64,000 bases of DNA. It comes from Pseudobdellovibrionaceae bacterium (lineage in GTDB: Bacteria > Bdellovibrionota > Bdellovibrionia > Bdellovibrionales > UBA1609). The stretch spans positions 1-64,000 of the forward strand of contig JAUVAX010000010.1 of the NCBI GenBank assembly GCA_030591685.1, written 5' to 3'. The translations under genes were made by a program, and so were the position numbers. Numbering within the stretch: the stretch's first letter is position 1; each line of letters begins with the position of its first letter. The notes under the pieces are model-generated. The model worked only from the letters and a program-made list of their open reading frames with translations, searched no databases and was not told the DNA's origin. This document shows positions 10,659 through 20,257 of this stretch, piece by piece.

Positions 10659-10772
10659 GAAGAGCCAAAAAAACAGGGAGTTAGTAGGAAGGTTGCGTAT
10701 TTCTAGGTTCTTCAGGCTCCACTGCATAAAGCAGTGAAGTGAGGAAATCCAGTTGTAGAGGTGTAAAGTTAA

Positions 10773-10849
10773 TGGTGCACCCGGAAGGATTCGAACCTTC
10801 AACCCTCGGATTCGAAGTCCGATACTCTATCCAGTTGAGCCACGGGTGC
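10773..10849 (-). tRNA. tRNA-Arg (anticodon UCG)
   Basis: GCACCCG acceptor stem, anticodon arm TCGGA-CTTCGAA-TCCGA, GTTCGAATC T-loop, encoded CCA; 77 nt. Confidence 0.97.
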
Positions 10850-10909
10850 AAATACTCTTTGAGTTCATGAGTTTTTAAATGAAATGAGCAAAACAAGCAA
10901 CGAAAATAA

Positions 10910-11296
10910 TTAGGACTCTTTTTGGTGCTGAGCCTTAATAATAGTTTTAATGTTGCCGCGTACGCTAAAATCACCGATCACCTCTATTTCTAGGGGGTCG
11001 AGTAGCTTAATGAAGTCGTCCATAATATTGTTAGTGACGTCTTCGTGAAAGACGCGTTTATCTCTAAAGCCATTAATATAGAGTTTTAAAGATTTTAACT
11101 CGACGCACCATTTTTCGGGGATGTATTTGATCTTAATGGTCGCAAAGTCAGGAAAGCCGCTTCGGGGGCACACACAGGTGAACTCGGGGCACTCAAAGTA
11201 AATTTCATACCGTCGGACTTGGGTTCGGTTTTCAAAGCGTTCAAGTTTATTATTTTCAATGGCGATTTCGCCGTAGAGCTTGTCTTGGCCCATCAT
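10910..11296 (-). CDS. queF: NADPH-dependent 7-cyano-7-deazaguanine reductase (type I)
   Basis: EFTCVCPRSGFPDFA, ELKSLKLY, FHED. Confidence 0.95.
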   Translation of the reverse strand: MMGQDKLYGEIAIENNKLERFENRTQVRRYEIYFECPEFTCVCPRSGFPDFATIKIKYIPEKWCVELKSLKLYINGFRDKRVFHEDVTNNIMDDFIKLLDPLEIEVIGDFSVRGNIKTIIKAQHQKES

Positions 11297-11499
11297 CTCT
11301 CCGTAAAAGTAAATTTAGTTTTTATAATTTACCATTAACAACTTGCTTTTATTAAACGCAAGAAATAAATTTATAAAGATGGTTTCTTTGCTTTTTTAGT
11401 TTATGATTTTAACCATTAAGGTCGTTTGTTTTGCCTTTTCAGGCCAAGTAGCAAATGTTTTTTGTAGCTTTATGTAAAAAAAAATGGATATTTAGTTTT

Positions 11500-12009
11500 A
11501 TGAAATTATTATTTAGTTTGTTGTGTTTAGTTTTAGGGGCCTGTTCAACGCCTGATAAGCTCGCTTGTGTCAGCCAAGACTGGTATGAGGTGGCTCGCAC
11601 GGTGGCGGCTCAAGGTAAAAAAGCTCATAATTTGCAAACCCTATTTAACCAGTGCAGTAATGGGGATGAAAAACAAGCTCAAGTTCTTTACGTAAATGGT
11701 CGCAATGCGGGCCTCTCGCGGTACTGCGACCCTGAAAATGGGTTTGAACTAGGTAGGGTTAACGTGCCCTACAACTCTGTGTGCCCTAAAGACTTAGAGG
11801 ATGATTTTTTAAGTTCTTATGGTAAAGGGCAACATTTTTCTCGATTAAAAAATATCAATAGAAACTTGAAAGAAAAAATAAAAAAAATTAAAAGCAAGTG
11901 GGTTAAGGGGCGAATAAACAACGATGTTTTATTTGAACTCAAAAAAATGCGACAACAAGTCGAGAAAAACCAGCGCGCCCTAACTGTGCTGAGAAATAAA
12001 TTTATTTAG
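11500..12009 (+). CDS. DUF2799-like lipoprotein
   Basis: Lipobox LGAC; C..DWYE, GLSRYCDPENGFELG, YNSVCP. Confidence 0.75.
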   Translation: MKLLFSLLCLVLGACSTPDKLACVSQDWYEVARTVAAQGKKAHNLQTLFNQCSNGDEKQAQVLYVNGRNAGLSRYCDPENGFELGRVNVPYNSVCPKDLEDDFLSSYGKGQHFSRLKNINRNLKEKIKKIKSKWVKGRINNDVLFELKKMRQQVEKNQRALTVLRNKFI

Positions 12010-12739
12010 AGAACTTAATATTTTTTAGGATTTTTCGAGCGTTATTAGTAGCCAATAAAAAATAATGAGCCCTTAAAAAGTGCTCTTCTTTTTCGGTGAG
12101 ATCACCACTCAACCCAAGTCTATTTTTACGATCATTAAAAACATGTTGATAACTTAAAGACGCCGCGACTGAAATATTAAAACTTTGGGTAAACCCATGC
12201 ATTGGTAAAATAACACTAGCATCGCAAAGGTCACGAACCTCATTTGAGACCCCGTCTTTTTCGTTGCCAAAAACAAGGGCCGTGGGTTTTGAAAAATCAA
12301 TATCACTAATTGTGACAGCGGCCTGTAAGTCGGTAGCAAATATTTGGTAGCCAGAGTTTTTTAAGGATTGAATGCAAGGCTCTGGGCGGGAGTATTTTTT
12401 TATATCTAACCATTTTTCGGCACCAGTTGTTACACGGTTTGCTGTTTTAAATTTTGAGTTTTCTTGTTGAATAATATGAAAGTGATAAAACCCAAAAGCT
12501 TCAGCTGACCTCATAGCGGCACTAATGTTACCAAAATCATAAATATTCTCAGTAATGGTGGCAAAATTGTAGGTGCGGTGCTTGAGGGTGCGGTTTATTA
12601 TGCGTTGCCTCTCTGGGGAGAGGTAAGTGCTCAGGGCCTCGATAACCTGCGTGGCCGTAAGAGTACGGCCGTCGATATCAAACGGCTCCTGTAGAGGGAG
12701 GCCTTGCGGGCCCCAAGGGGGGGTGTTTTCAGTGTCCAT
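12002..12739 (-). CDS. trmH: SpoU/TrmH family tRNA 2'-O-methyltransferase
   Basis: NISAAMRSAEAFG, FGNEKDG, SFNISVAA. Confidence 0.85.
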   Translation of the reverse strand: MDTENTPPWGPQGLPLQEPFDIDGRTLTATQVIEALSTYLSPERQRIINRTLKHRTYNFATITENIYDFGNISAAMRSAEAFGFYHFHIIQQENSKFKTANRVTTGAEKWLDIKKYSRPEPCIQSLKNSGYQIFATDLQAAVTISDIDFSKPTALVFGNEKDGVSNEVRDLCDASVILPMHGFTQSFNISVAASLSYQHVFNDRKNRLGLSGDLTEKEEHFLRAHYFLLATNNARKILKNIKFSK

Positions 12740-12757
12740 AGGGCTAATACCTTTAAA

Positions 12758-13888
12758 TTAAAATGAGGACTTTTCAACAAATAAATGAAAAGTCACATCA
12801 ATGGAGCCATTTTTTATTTTGAGCTCCGATTTTTTTTTGTATTCACTCGGCGGTTTGACTTGTGTATTAGAGGGCAAAAGAAGGCCTATGGCTTGAGGGT
12901 GGTACTGTTCGGCAATAGAGGTCATAAGTAGGTTTGAGGGTATTTTACTAAGCCTCTCCCCATAAGGGGGGTTTGTTATAACAATTGACGGAGCGAGACC
13001 CTGAGTATCAGAGGGGGGGCTTAGAAGGTCTCGATGACTTATTTGAATATCTGACCCCCCAAAATTTTTGATGTTCTCAGTACAGGCCTTGATGGCCTCT
13101 TCAGAGTTATCGAATCCAAAAAAGTTTTTAAAGGTTGTTTTATTAACTGTGGGAGGGAGGACTTTAAGTTGTAACTTTTCAAGCAAACGAAAGTGCATAA
13201 AGCTAAAGGTTCTAAAAGCGTTCGTAGGCTTATACAGCCCAGCGGCTTCGGTTAAAAAAGTCCCACTGCCTACAAGAGGGTCAATAAGGGTTAAATCACT
13301 TGGGCTTAAAGGCAGTTCATTGATTGAAAACAATAAAAGGCCTGCGGCTAAGTTTTCTCTCAAGGGGGCTTTTGTTGAAAAGGTCTTATAGCCCCTTTTA
13401 AATAAGTGCTCACCAGAGGTGTCAACGCTCAGTGTGCAGATGTCATCATAAAACTGCACATGAAAAGCCTGAGGCTCAGAACCTTGCGTAGTCCTAGGGG
13501 GTTGCCCTATGCGGTATTTGGTATAAGCTTTATTGCACACCTCAAGAAGACGTCTTTTATGAAACAATCGAGAGGTTTTACTTGAGATCTTCCACTGCAC
13601 CTCGCCTTTAGTGGCGTAATCCCCCCATGGGATTTTTTTAAGTTTTTGGTAGAGCTTTTCAAAGTCTGTGCATTTAAATTTTTTTAGTCTTAGTAATATT
13701 CTTGTGGGGACTTTAAGTACTAAGTTTAAACTTAGGCCCACTTCAAGGGGGGCTAAAAGAGAAATCCCCCCTTTGGATCTTGTAATAGCCTTACTGTCCA
13801 GTTGAACCCAGGACTGAAGCTCAGATAAGGCAACCCCCTCTAAGCCTAAGGGGATGACTAAATAAAATTCGTAGACTTGATCTTTCAT
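12758..13888 (-). CDS. THUMP-domain RNA methyltransferase (RlmL-like)
   Basis: SGEHLFKRGY, APLRENLAA, DPLVGSGT, TNPPYGER. Confidence 0.88.
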   Translation of the reverse strand: MKDQVYEFYLVIPLGLEGVALSELQSWVQLDSKAITRSKGGISLLAPLEVGLSLNLVLKVPTRILLRLKKFKCTDFEKLYQKLKKIPWGDYATKGEVQWKISSKTSRLFHKRRLLEVCNKAYTKYRIGQPPRTTQGSEPQAFHVQFYDDICTLSVDTSGEHLFKRGYKTFSTKAPLRENLAAGLLLFSINELPLSPSDLTLIDPLVGSGTFLTEAAGLYKPTNAFRTFSFMHFRLLEKLQLKVLPPTVNKTTFKNFFGFDNSEEAIKACTENIKNFGGSDIQISHRDLLSPPSDTQGLAPSIVITNPPYGERLSKIPSNLLMTSIAEQYHPQAIGLLLPSNTQVKPPSEYKKKSELKIKNGSIDVTFHLFVEKSSF

Positions 13889-13967
13889 AGGTCAATAATG
13901 CTTGCGTTTGTTACTTTTTCAAGTGATGCTTTACTAGATTATAAAAATAACAAAAGGGGATGAGCCT

Positions 13968-14486
13968 ATGAAGTTACTATTAAGTTTTATATTAGCCCTA
14001 GGGGTGTTTGCAGCGACTGAAAAATCTCAAGCCCTGCTGCTTGAGCCCATATTTGGCATTGGCCCAGGTACTTTGCACTTTGAAACCATTGTCCCTGGCA
14101 CATTTTTAGATGACAAGCACACTGGCACCTATTTTGGTGGGCGCGTTGGTACTGACATTATGGGTATGTTTTTTACGGCCCTTGATTACAGGGTCGGCTC
14201 TCTTAAGGCTGACCTTAATGGGTCGTTAGATCGAACTATGATGGGTCTTATTTTTGGTGTAGATTTACCACTAGTGAGAGCCTGGGCTGGTTATAACTTT
14301 CAAGACGACATTAAGGGTACAATATCAGGTGTGCAAAGAACCATTAAAGGCTCTTCAATAACCCTTGGTGCAGGCTTAGGCTTGATCCCCTTTATCGAAG
14401 TGGGGCTAGAGTACATAATGATGACTAAAGGCTCTGAAAAAGACAATACGGCCCTTTTAAACATAAGCGTACCGTTTGATTTGTAA
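13968..14486 (+). CDS. Outer-membrane beta-barrel protein
   Basis: Signal peptide, alternating amphipathic strands, C-terminal VPFDL. Confidence 0.7.
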   Translation: MKLLLSFILALGVFAATEKSQALLLEPIFGIGPGTLHFETIVPGTFLDDKHTGTYFGGRVGTDIMGMFFTALDYRVGSLKADLNGSLDRTMMGLIFGVDLPLVRAWAGYNFQDDIKGTISGVQRTIKGSSITLGAGLGLIPFIEVGLEYIMMTKGSEKDNTALLNISVPFDL

Positions 14487-14510
14487 TATTTTTTTAAGTT
14501 GATGCTTTTG

Positions 14511-14541
14511 ACCCCAGTAAATAAATTTTGCTGGGGTTTTT
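14511..14541. terminator. Intrinsic terminator between convergent genes
   Basis: ACCCCAGTAA...TTGCTGGGGT followed by T-run. Confidence 0.7.
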
Positions 14542-15554
14542 TATTTAAAGCTATGTGCTGAGTACAAGCTGGCCATTAATACAACGACGGCCCCTGTTTG
14601 GTGTGCAATAGCGAGTGTTAATGGGACAAAGTAAATTAAAGTAAGTACACCTAAAGAAAACTGCAATAAAATACAAACAAACAATATATATGAGGTCTTT
14701 GTTTGGCGAGAGTTAAACGCCCCTGTTGTTGCTTTGTAATATAAAAAGGCTGAGGTAAAAAACAAAGACCAGCCCAGGGTGCGATGTATAAACTGCACTG
14801 TGATTTTGTTTTCAAAAATATTTATCCAAAAACTGTTAAACATCCCTAAGCCATTTGGGACCCACTGGTCACCCATTAAAGGAAAGGTGTTATAACCAAA
14901 ACCCGCTTTTAACCCGGCGGTAAAAGCACCGTAGGTGAGTTGTAAGGTAACAAGAGCCAGTATAATAAGGGTAAATTTAAACCAAAATTTGTGAGGCTGT
15001 TTTTTAAGGTCAAGTAGGTCTAAAATAATCCAGAACAGGTAACTAAATATAACTAAGGCTAACATAAAGTGAGCAGCTAACCGGTAGTGGCTCACATCGG
15101 GGTTATTAATAAGCCCACTTTTAACCATGTACCAACCCATAAGCCCCTGTAGAGCACCGAGAGAAAAACCAACCCAAAGTTTTTTAGTTAACCCATGGGC
15201 TTTAAGAGTCCCTTTAAATTGCATAATAAGCATTGGGATTAAAAATACGAGCCCTACAAGTCGACCGAGCAACCGGTGAAAGTACTCCCAGTAAAAAATA
15301 TACTTAAACTCACTAAGGCTCATGTTGGTGTTGATTATTTTATACTCTGGATAGAGTTTATATTTATTAAAAACACTCATCCAGTCGCCTTCATTAAGGG
15401 GTGGCAGTACGCCCATTAATGGGCGCCATTCGACCATTGAGAGGCCAGAGTCGGTGAGCCTTGTCATGCCGCCGACGAAAACCATGGCGTAGACTAAAAA
15501 ACATACAATGGAGAGCCAAATAATAAGGCCGAGCTTGTTTTTATGTGTATTCAT
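14541..15554 (-). CDS. ctaA: Heme A synthase (COX15/CtaA type 2)
   Basis: GGMTRLTDSGLS, WEYFHR, GWYMVKSG, QFIHR. Confidence 0.93.
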   Translation of the reverse strand: MNTHKNKLGLIIWLSIVCFLVYAMVFVGGMTRLTDSGLSMVEWRPLMGVLPPLNEGDWMSVFNKYKLYPEYKIINTNMSLSEFKYIFYWEYFHRLLGRLVGLVFLIPMLIMQFKGTLKAHGLTKKLWVGFSLGALQGLMGWYMVKSGLINNPDVSHYRLAAHFMLALVIFSYLFWIILDLLDLKKQPHKFWFKFTLIILALVTLQLTYGAFTAGLKAGFGYNTFPLMGDQWVPNGLGMFNSFWINIFENKITVQFIHRTLGWSLFFTSAFLYYKATTGAFNSRQTKTSYILFVCILLQFSLGVLTLIYFVPLTLAIAHQTGAVVVLMASLYSAHSFK

Positions 15555-15918
15555 AAGACTTAAGTTTCTAGCAGGTTTATATCCAACTGGCTAGGGTAAT
15601 GAACAGCGATTATTTAGCAGTATTAGGGCTTTTTTAAAATAACTTAGGGGGCGAACCCACAAATAAGGGGGCTTTGATGAGAGGGCCCTGTAACAAAAGG
15701 GCTGGCCTTGAGCCTCTCTAGTACAGCGGATCAATAAGAAGGTTTAATAATTTAGGGGGGGCCACAGAGAGAACGACTAAGGTCTTGAAAAGGATTAGAA
15801 AGGGCTAGACCCTTCTAATGTGTGGGTCTGTTATGCCAAAACACTAAGGTCAAACTGAGGGATTTAGTGGCAATGTAAAAAGCTTATGTAAATACTTAAT
15901 ATATCATGAGTTTTTAGT

Positions 15919-15945
15919 TTAGAAGTTTGACTCAAAAGCCGATTT
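15919..15945 (+). promoter_or_regulatory. Putative sigma28 (FliA) promoter
   Basis: TTAG-N15-GCCGATTT just upstream of the GT4 operon. Confidence 0.4.
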
Positions 15946-15954
15946 ATAAACACT

Positions 15955-17124
15955 ATGCCTCGTATTTTACAAGTATGTAATACTGACTTTTATTTATCTA
16001 AATTTTTAAGGCCTCTTATTTTAGAGTTGCATCATCGTGGCTATGAAGTGGAGTGCCTTTGTAGTGGCACAAATACTCCCAGTGAATTTAAAACTCTTGG
16101 CATTAAGGTGCATAATTTTGATTTTCCGCAAAAAGCTTCAGTGAGTTCTTTTATACGAAGTACTCAAAAGATGACTGAATTTTTAAAAGAAAATAATTTT
16201 GATTGCATAAACAGCCACAACAGAAACGCTAGCATAGTGGCAAGGCTAGCAGCATGGCGTGCTAAAGTGCCAGTGAACTTATACACAGCGCACGGATTTT
16301 ATTTTCATGATGATCAGCCCTTTATAATAAATCAATTAACTGAACTTTTTGAAGGCCTGCTTTCAAAAATTACAACACACACTTTAAGTCAAAGCCACGA
16401 GGACACATTAAAGATGGTGAAGCATGGTTGGATTGATGAGAGCAAAATAACAACCATCGGCAACGGTATTAACGTTGAAAAGTTCTCACCAAAATCAAAT
16501 AAATCACAGCTTTGTAAAAAACTATCGTTAACTGAAAAATTTAGAGTGGTCACTGTCGGTCGCCTGGTAAAGGGTAAAGGCTTTAGAGACTTAATACATG
16601 CTTTTAATGACTTTCAAGAGGGCAAGGATGTTGAGCTTCTTTTTATAGGCGGAAACCTTAAAAACGATATAGAACCAGAGCATGATAGTTATACTGATCT
16701 TATTAAAAGCCTAGGGCTTGAGGATAAAGTTAAAATAACTGGCCTTATTGATAATGTCGAAGAGTACTTAGGGGCAAGTGATGTTTTTGTTCTGCCCTCG
16801 TACCGTGAAGGTGTACCCAGGGCACTACTAGAGGCTATGTGTATGCAGTTGCCAGTGATTGCTACTAATATAAGAGGCGCTAGAGAGATAATAAGAGTCA
16901 ACAGTAATGGGTTGTTATTTACGCCACATAACGTAACTCTGTTGACAGAACTTTTAGATGAGATTTTTTCTGATCATTGCAATCGCAAACGTATTGGCGA
17001 AGAGGGACGGTCCACAGTGCTCAAAAATTTTAATGAAATACAGTACACTAAAGTACAAGCAAACTTAATTGATCAACTTTTAATGTCACCAGGTAAAGGG
17101 GAGAGTCATGCCATCAGCAGTTAA
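15955..17124 (+). CDS. Glycosyltransferase family 4
   Basis: YTAHGF, GRLVKGKG, PSYREGVPRALLEAM. Confidence 0.93.
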   Translation: MPRILQVCNTDFYLSKFLRPLILELHHRGYEVECLCSGTNTPSEFKTLGIKVHNFDFPQKASVSSFIRSTQKMTEFLKENNFDCINSHNRNASIVARLAAWRAKVPVNLYTAHGFYFHDDQPFIINQLTELFEGLLSKITTHTLSQSHEDTLKMVKHGWIDESKITTIGNGINVEKFSPKSNKSQLCKKLSLTEKFRVVTVGRLVKGKGFRDLIHAFNDFQEGKDVELLFIGGNLKNDIEPEHDSYTDLIKSLGLEDKVKITGLIDNVEEYLGASDVFVLPSYREGVPRALLEAMCMQLPVIATNIRGAREIIRVNSNGLLFTPHNVTLLTELLDEIFSDHCNRKRIGEEGRSTVLKNFNEIQYTKVQANLIDQLLMSPGKGESHAISS

Positions 17125-17773
17125 ACAACAACAGGTGAAGCAATTTTTTGATGGGTACGCAAAAGACTTTAATAGTATTTACCAAGAGCATGAAAAGTCA
17201 GTTTTTAATCGCTCACGAGATCGATTTTTAAGGGCGAGCATGTTTAGTCGATTTGAAGAGGCTTATAATTACTTTAAGGCTCACAATATTAAGTCATTGA
17301 TAGACGTGGGCTGCGGGCCAGGGGTTCATGATGTGTTACTGGCAAAGGGCTTAGATATGAACATAACGGGCGTAGATATTTCAACGTCAATGATTGAGGT
17401 GGCAAAAAAAAATGCAAACGATAATAACTTAAGTGAAAAGTGTAACTTCAAAGTGGGTAACTTTTTTGATTTAAATTTTGATCAAAACTTTGAGGCGAGT
17501 TTGTGTGTAGGAGTGCTTGAGTATATTGAGGACCCCTCTTCGTTTATTAAAAAAATGATAGACTGTACAAGTAAAGCCGTGCTGTTTAGTTTGCCTGTAA
17601 AATACCACTGGCTCACACCACAGAGGTCACTGAGATATAAATTAAGAAAATGTCCCCTGTGGTTTTACACAGAAAATGACATACATAAACTCATGAAAAC
17701 AGTTGGAGTTGAGAGGTACATAATAAAAAAATTAAATCGAGACTACCTCGTTATTGTTGAAAAGGCTGAATAA
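17108..17773 (+). CDS. Class I SAM-dependent methyltransferase
   Basis: IDVGCGPG, GVDIS, GVLEY. Confidence 0.9.
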   Translation: MPSAVKQQQVKQFFDGYAKDFNSIYQEHEKSVFNRSRDRFLRASMFSRFEEAYNYFKAHNIKSLIDVGCGPGVHDVLLAKGLDMNITGVDISTSMIEVAKKNANDNNLSEKCNFKVGNFFDLNFDQNFEASLCVGVLEYIEDPSSFIKKMIDCTSKAVLFSLPVKYHWLTPQRSLRYKLRKCPLWFYTENDIHKLMKTVGVERYIIKKLNRDYLVIVEKAE

Positions 17774-18650
17774 GGTGCATCTTTTAAGCATTGATTTAGA
17801 GGATTGGTTTCACCTTATTGAGGTCGAGCAAACGGCTCGACCAGAGCAATGGCAGTCCATGCCCTCAAGAGTCGAATTGATGACTCATAAACTATTAGAT
17901 TTTTTTGACACTCATCAGGTTAAGGCCACATTTTTTTGCCTAGGCTGGGTGGCAACAAAATACCCCTTTTTACTTAAAGACATTGTAAATCGAGGGCATG
18001 AGTTAGGGTGTCATTCAAATCACCACAGGTTAGTACATAAAATGACTCAGCTTGAGTTTAAAAAAGATCTTTTAGTCGCCATAGAGGCTATTTATAAGGC
18101 CTCAGGGGTCCATGTAAAAAGCTACCGCGCACCAGGGTTTTCAATCACAAAGGAGTGCTTTTGGGCTTTTGAGGAGCTCGCCTCTGCGGGTATTGTTTAT
18201 GACTCCTCTGTGTTTCCGGCCACTCACGCTCATGGGGGGATACCTGGGGCTCCAAAATGGCCATTTATTATTTCTACAAAATCGGGGGACATAAAAGAGT
18301 TTCCTATTTCTACTTTTAATTTTTTTAGCAAAGCAGTGGCTTTTAGCGGGGGAGGGTACTTTAGGCTGTTCCCTTTAAGGTTTCATAAGTTTAAGTTTCT
18401 AGATTATGAAGCACAAGATAAGCCTGTGATTACCTATTTGCACCCAAGAGATTTTGACCATGAACAGCCTAAAATTAAGTTGCCAGTGATAAGGACATTT
18501 AAAAACAATGTTAATATTAGTTCTACTTTTTACAAACTAGGTGAGCTTTTGAAGCTTTTTAACTTTGGCACACTCACTCAAGTAAGTGAGTGTGTTTCAT
18601 GGGATCAAGTTGAGGTGATTGAGTTAGAGACCTTTAAGGACGTGGCTTAG
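17754..18650 (+). CDS. Polysaccharide deacetylase (CE4, DUF3473/XrtA-system type)
   Basis: SIDLEDWFH, HELGCHSNHH, YRAPGFS, GGGYFRL, YLHP. Confidence 0.9.
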   Translation: MLKRLNKVHLLSIDLEDWFHLIEVEQTARPEQWQSMPSRVELMTHKLLDFFDTHQVKATFFCLGWVATKYPFLLKDIVNRGHELGCHSNHHRLVHKMTQLEFKKDLLVAIEAIYKASGVHVKSYRAPGFSITKECFWAFEELASAGIVYDSSVFPATHAHGGIPGAPKWPFIISTKSGDIKEFPISTFNFFSKAVAFSGGGYFRLFPLRFHKFKFLDYEAQDKPVITYLHPRDFDHEQPKIKLPVIRTFKNNVNISSTFYKLGELLKLFNFGTLTQVSECVSWDQVEVIELETFKDVA

Positions 18651-18746
18651 GCTTAAGTGAAGCTTTAAACCACAAAATATTCAAAGCTCTCGCTCGGAAC
18701 AACCCAAAGTGAGAGCATAAAAAATATAGAAAAATCTGAGCTTTAC

Positions 18747-19352
18747 TTATAAAGCCACGTAAAAATTAAATCCACCAGCGTTGACGGTCATTTTTTTAGG
18801 TTTATCGTTGGTTTGAGTTCGAACTTTATACTCTAAAGTTTTTTGAACGAAAAAGTAAAAGCTACCAACGACAGGCTCATTATTTTTAAGCTGTTCGAGT
18901 TGGTCTTCATCAAGAAGTTCAGACTTTAATAAGGTCACTTGAATATACTGAGTACGATAGTTTGCAAGAGGGATATCAAAAAGTAGTTTATTTACCCCAG
19001 GCTTGTAAGCCTTTAATGAAACATCTAAAGGTGTTGCCTGCATGTGTTTAATGTCACGCGGGTTATCTGTGGTGAAATAAAAAGCGGTAAAAGGCAAATG
19101 GGGTGTAAATCGATACCCTGATTGAGAGAGTGTACATTTTACAAAGTTAAGTTGAATAGTAAAACTAACTGAATCATTTAGTTTTTGAATTTTTATAACG
19201 TTGGCTCTGTACGCTCCGTTTAACGGCTGTGCCCCCTGTGTGTCAGATTCCGAAAGGCAGTGGTTGACCGTGCCAAACTCCATAACAGTTTTACTCTCTG
19301 CGTGAACAAGGCCACAAGTGAGGGTCAGTAGTACTAATAATATATTTTTCAT
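18747..19352 (-). CDS. Secreted hypothetical protein
   Basis: Signal peptide, GGAG RBS, beta-rich. Confidence 0.7.
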   Translation of the reverse strand: MKNILLVLLTLTCGLVHAESKTVMEFGTVNHCLSESDTQGAQPLNGAYRANVIKIQKLNDSVSFTIQLNFVKCTLSQSGYRFTPHLPFTAFYFTTDNPRDIKHMQATPLDVSLKAYKPGVNKLLFDIPLANYRTQYIQVTLLKSELLDEDQLEQLKNNEPVVGSFYFFVQKTLEYKVRTQTNDKPKKMTVNAGGFNFYVAL

Positions 19353-19606
19353 TGGTGGGCTCTCCTATTATGGTGTTCTCTATTGAATTATTTCCTTTTG
19401 GATCGAAATTCGCTGAGAACATTAGTTTAATGAGATTTAATATTATGGGTGAAATATAACATGATTCTGATTTTTTTATGAAGGTAATTGGCTAAATCGA
19501 AGGCTTTGAAAAAATGTAAACCTATTAATTGGTAATTTTAACAAAGAGGTCACAGAAATTTACCTTTTAAGTTTAATGAGGGGCGAAAAAATGAGAGATA
19601 TTTAAC

Positions 19607-20113
19607 ATGTATAATATTTTTGTAAGCTCTTGTCTTTTGGGTCTTGATTGTAACTATAAGGCTGAGAATAATTATTTTGATCCAATTAAAACCCTTATTA
19701 CCCTGGAGTCTAAGGGTCTGTGCAGCATTAGCAATTTTTGCCCTGAGCAAAGTGAGTTCCCTACACCTCGGGAGCCTATGAATATTCATTTCGGTGATGG
19801 GTTTGATGTCTTAGAGGGGGGCTCGCAGGTCATTACCCACTCAGGTGTTGAAGTGTCGACAGCCCTAATAAAAGCAGCGCAAAATACACTTTCTTTTTGC
19901 AAGCAAAACAAGGTCACACATGCTGTGCTTATGGAGGGGAGCCCCTCATGCGGAGCTCAATGGGTCTATAAGGGGGAGTGCTGGCCTAAGAGAGTTAAAA
20001 AAGAGGGTATGGGTGTTGCTGCAGCGCTGCTAAAGAAACATAATATTTCAGTGGTGAGTCATCTGAACCTTGCTGTATTTGTAAAGGAAATAGCAGAGCA
20101 GTCTAAAATATAG
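19607..20113 (+). CDS. DUF523/YbbK family protein (TudS-like Fe-S desulfidase)
   Basis: SSCLLG, FCPE, PTPRE, SPSCG, GVAAALL. Confidence 0.85.
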   Translation: MYNIFVSSCLLGLDCNYKAENNYFDPIKTLITLESKGLCSISNFCPEQSEFPTPREPMNIHFGDGFDVLEGGSQVITHSGVEVSTALIKAAQNTLSFCKQNKVTHAVLMEGSPSCGAQWVYKGECWPKRVKKEGMGVAAALLKKHNISVVSHLNLAVFVKEIAEQSKI

Positions 20114-20257
20114 GCACAGGCGAGGGGCTTTGTTTTAAAACTGAACCTTGGGCTCTTATTTAAAGTGAACTGAACAAAAATTATAAAAAAACAATTGTCT
20201 TTTATATCTCGATTTAGAGACAATGGCGCTACAGTTAAACCCGATTTTGGAGGATTT

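Noticed and set aside
10681..10974. 97-aa ORF, and the N-terminal extension of ORF 10128-10802
   Set aside because: Both overlap the tRNA-Arg gene and its trailer; spurious
10128..11296. tRNA-Arg as an integration site for a genomic island
   Set aside because: No integrase and no duplicated tRNA 3' end seen; flanks are housekeeping genes
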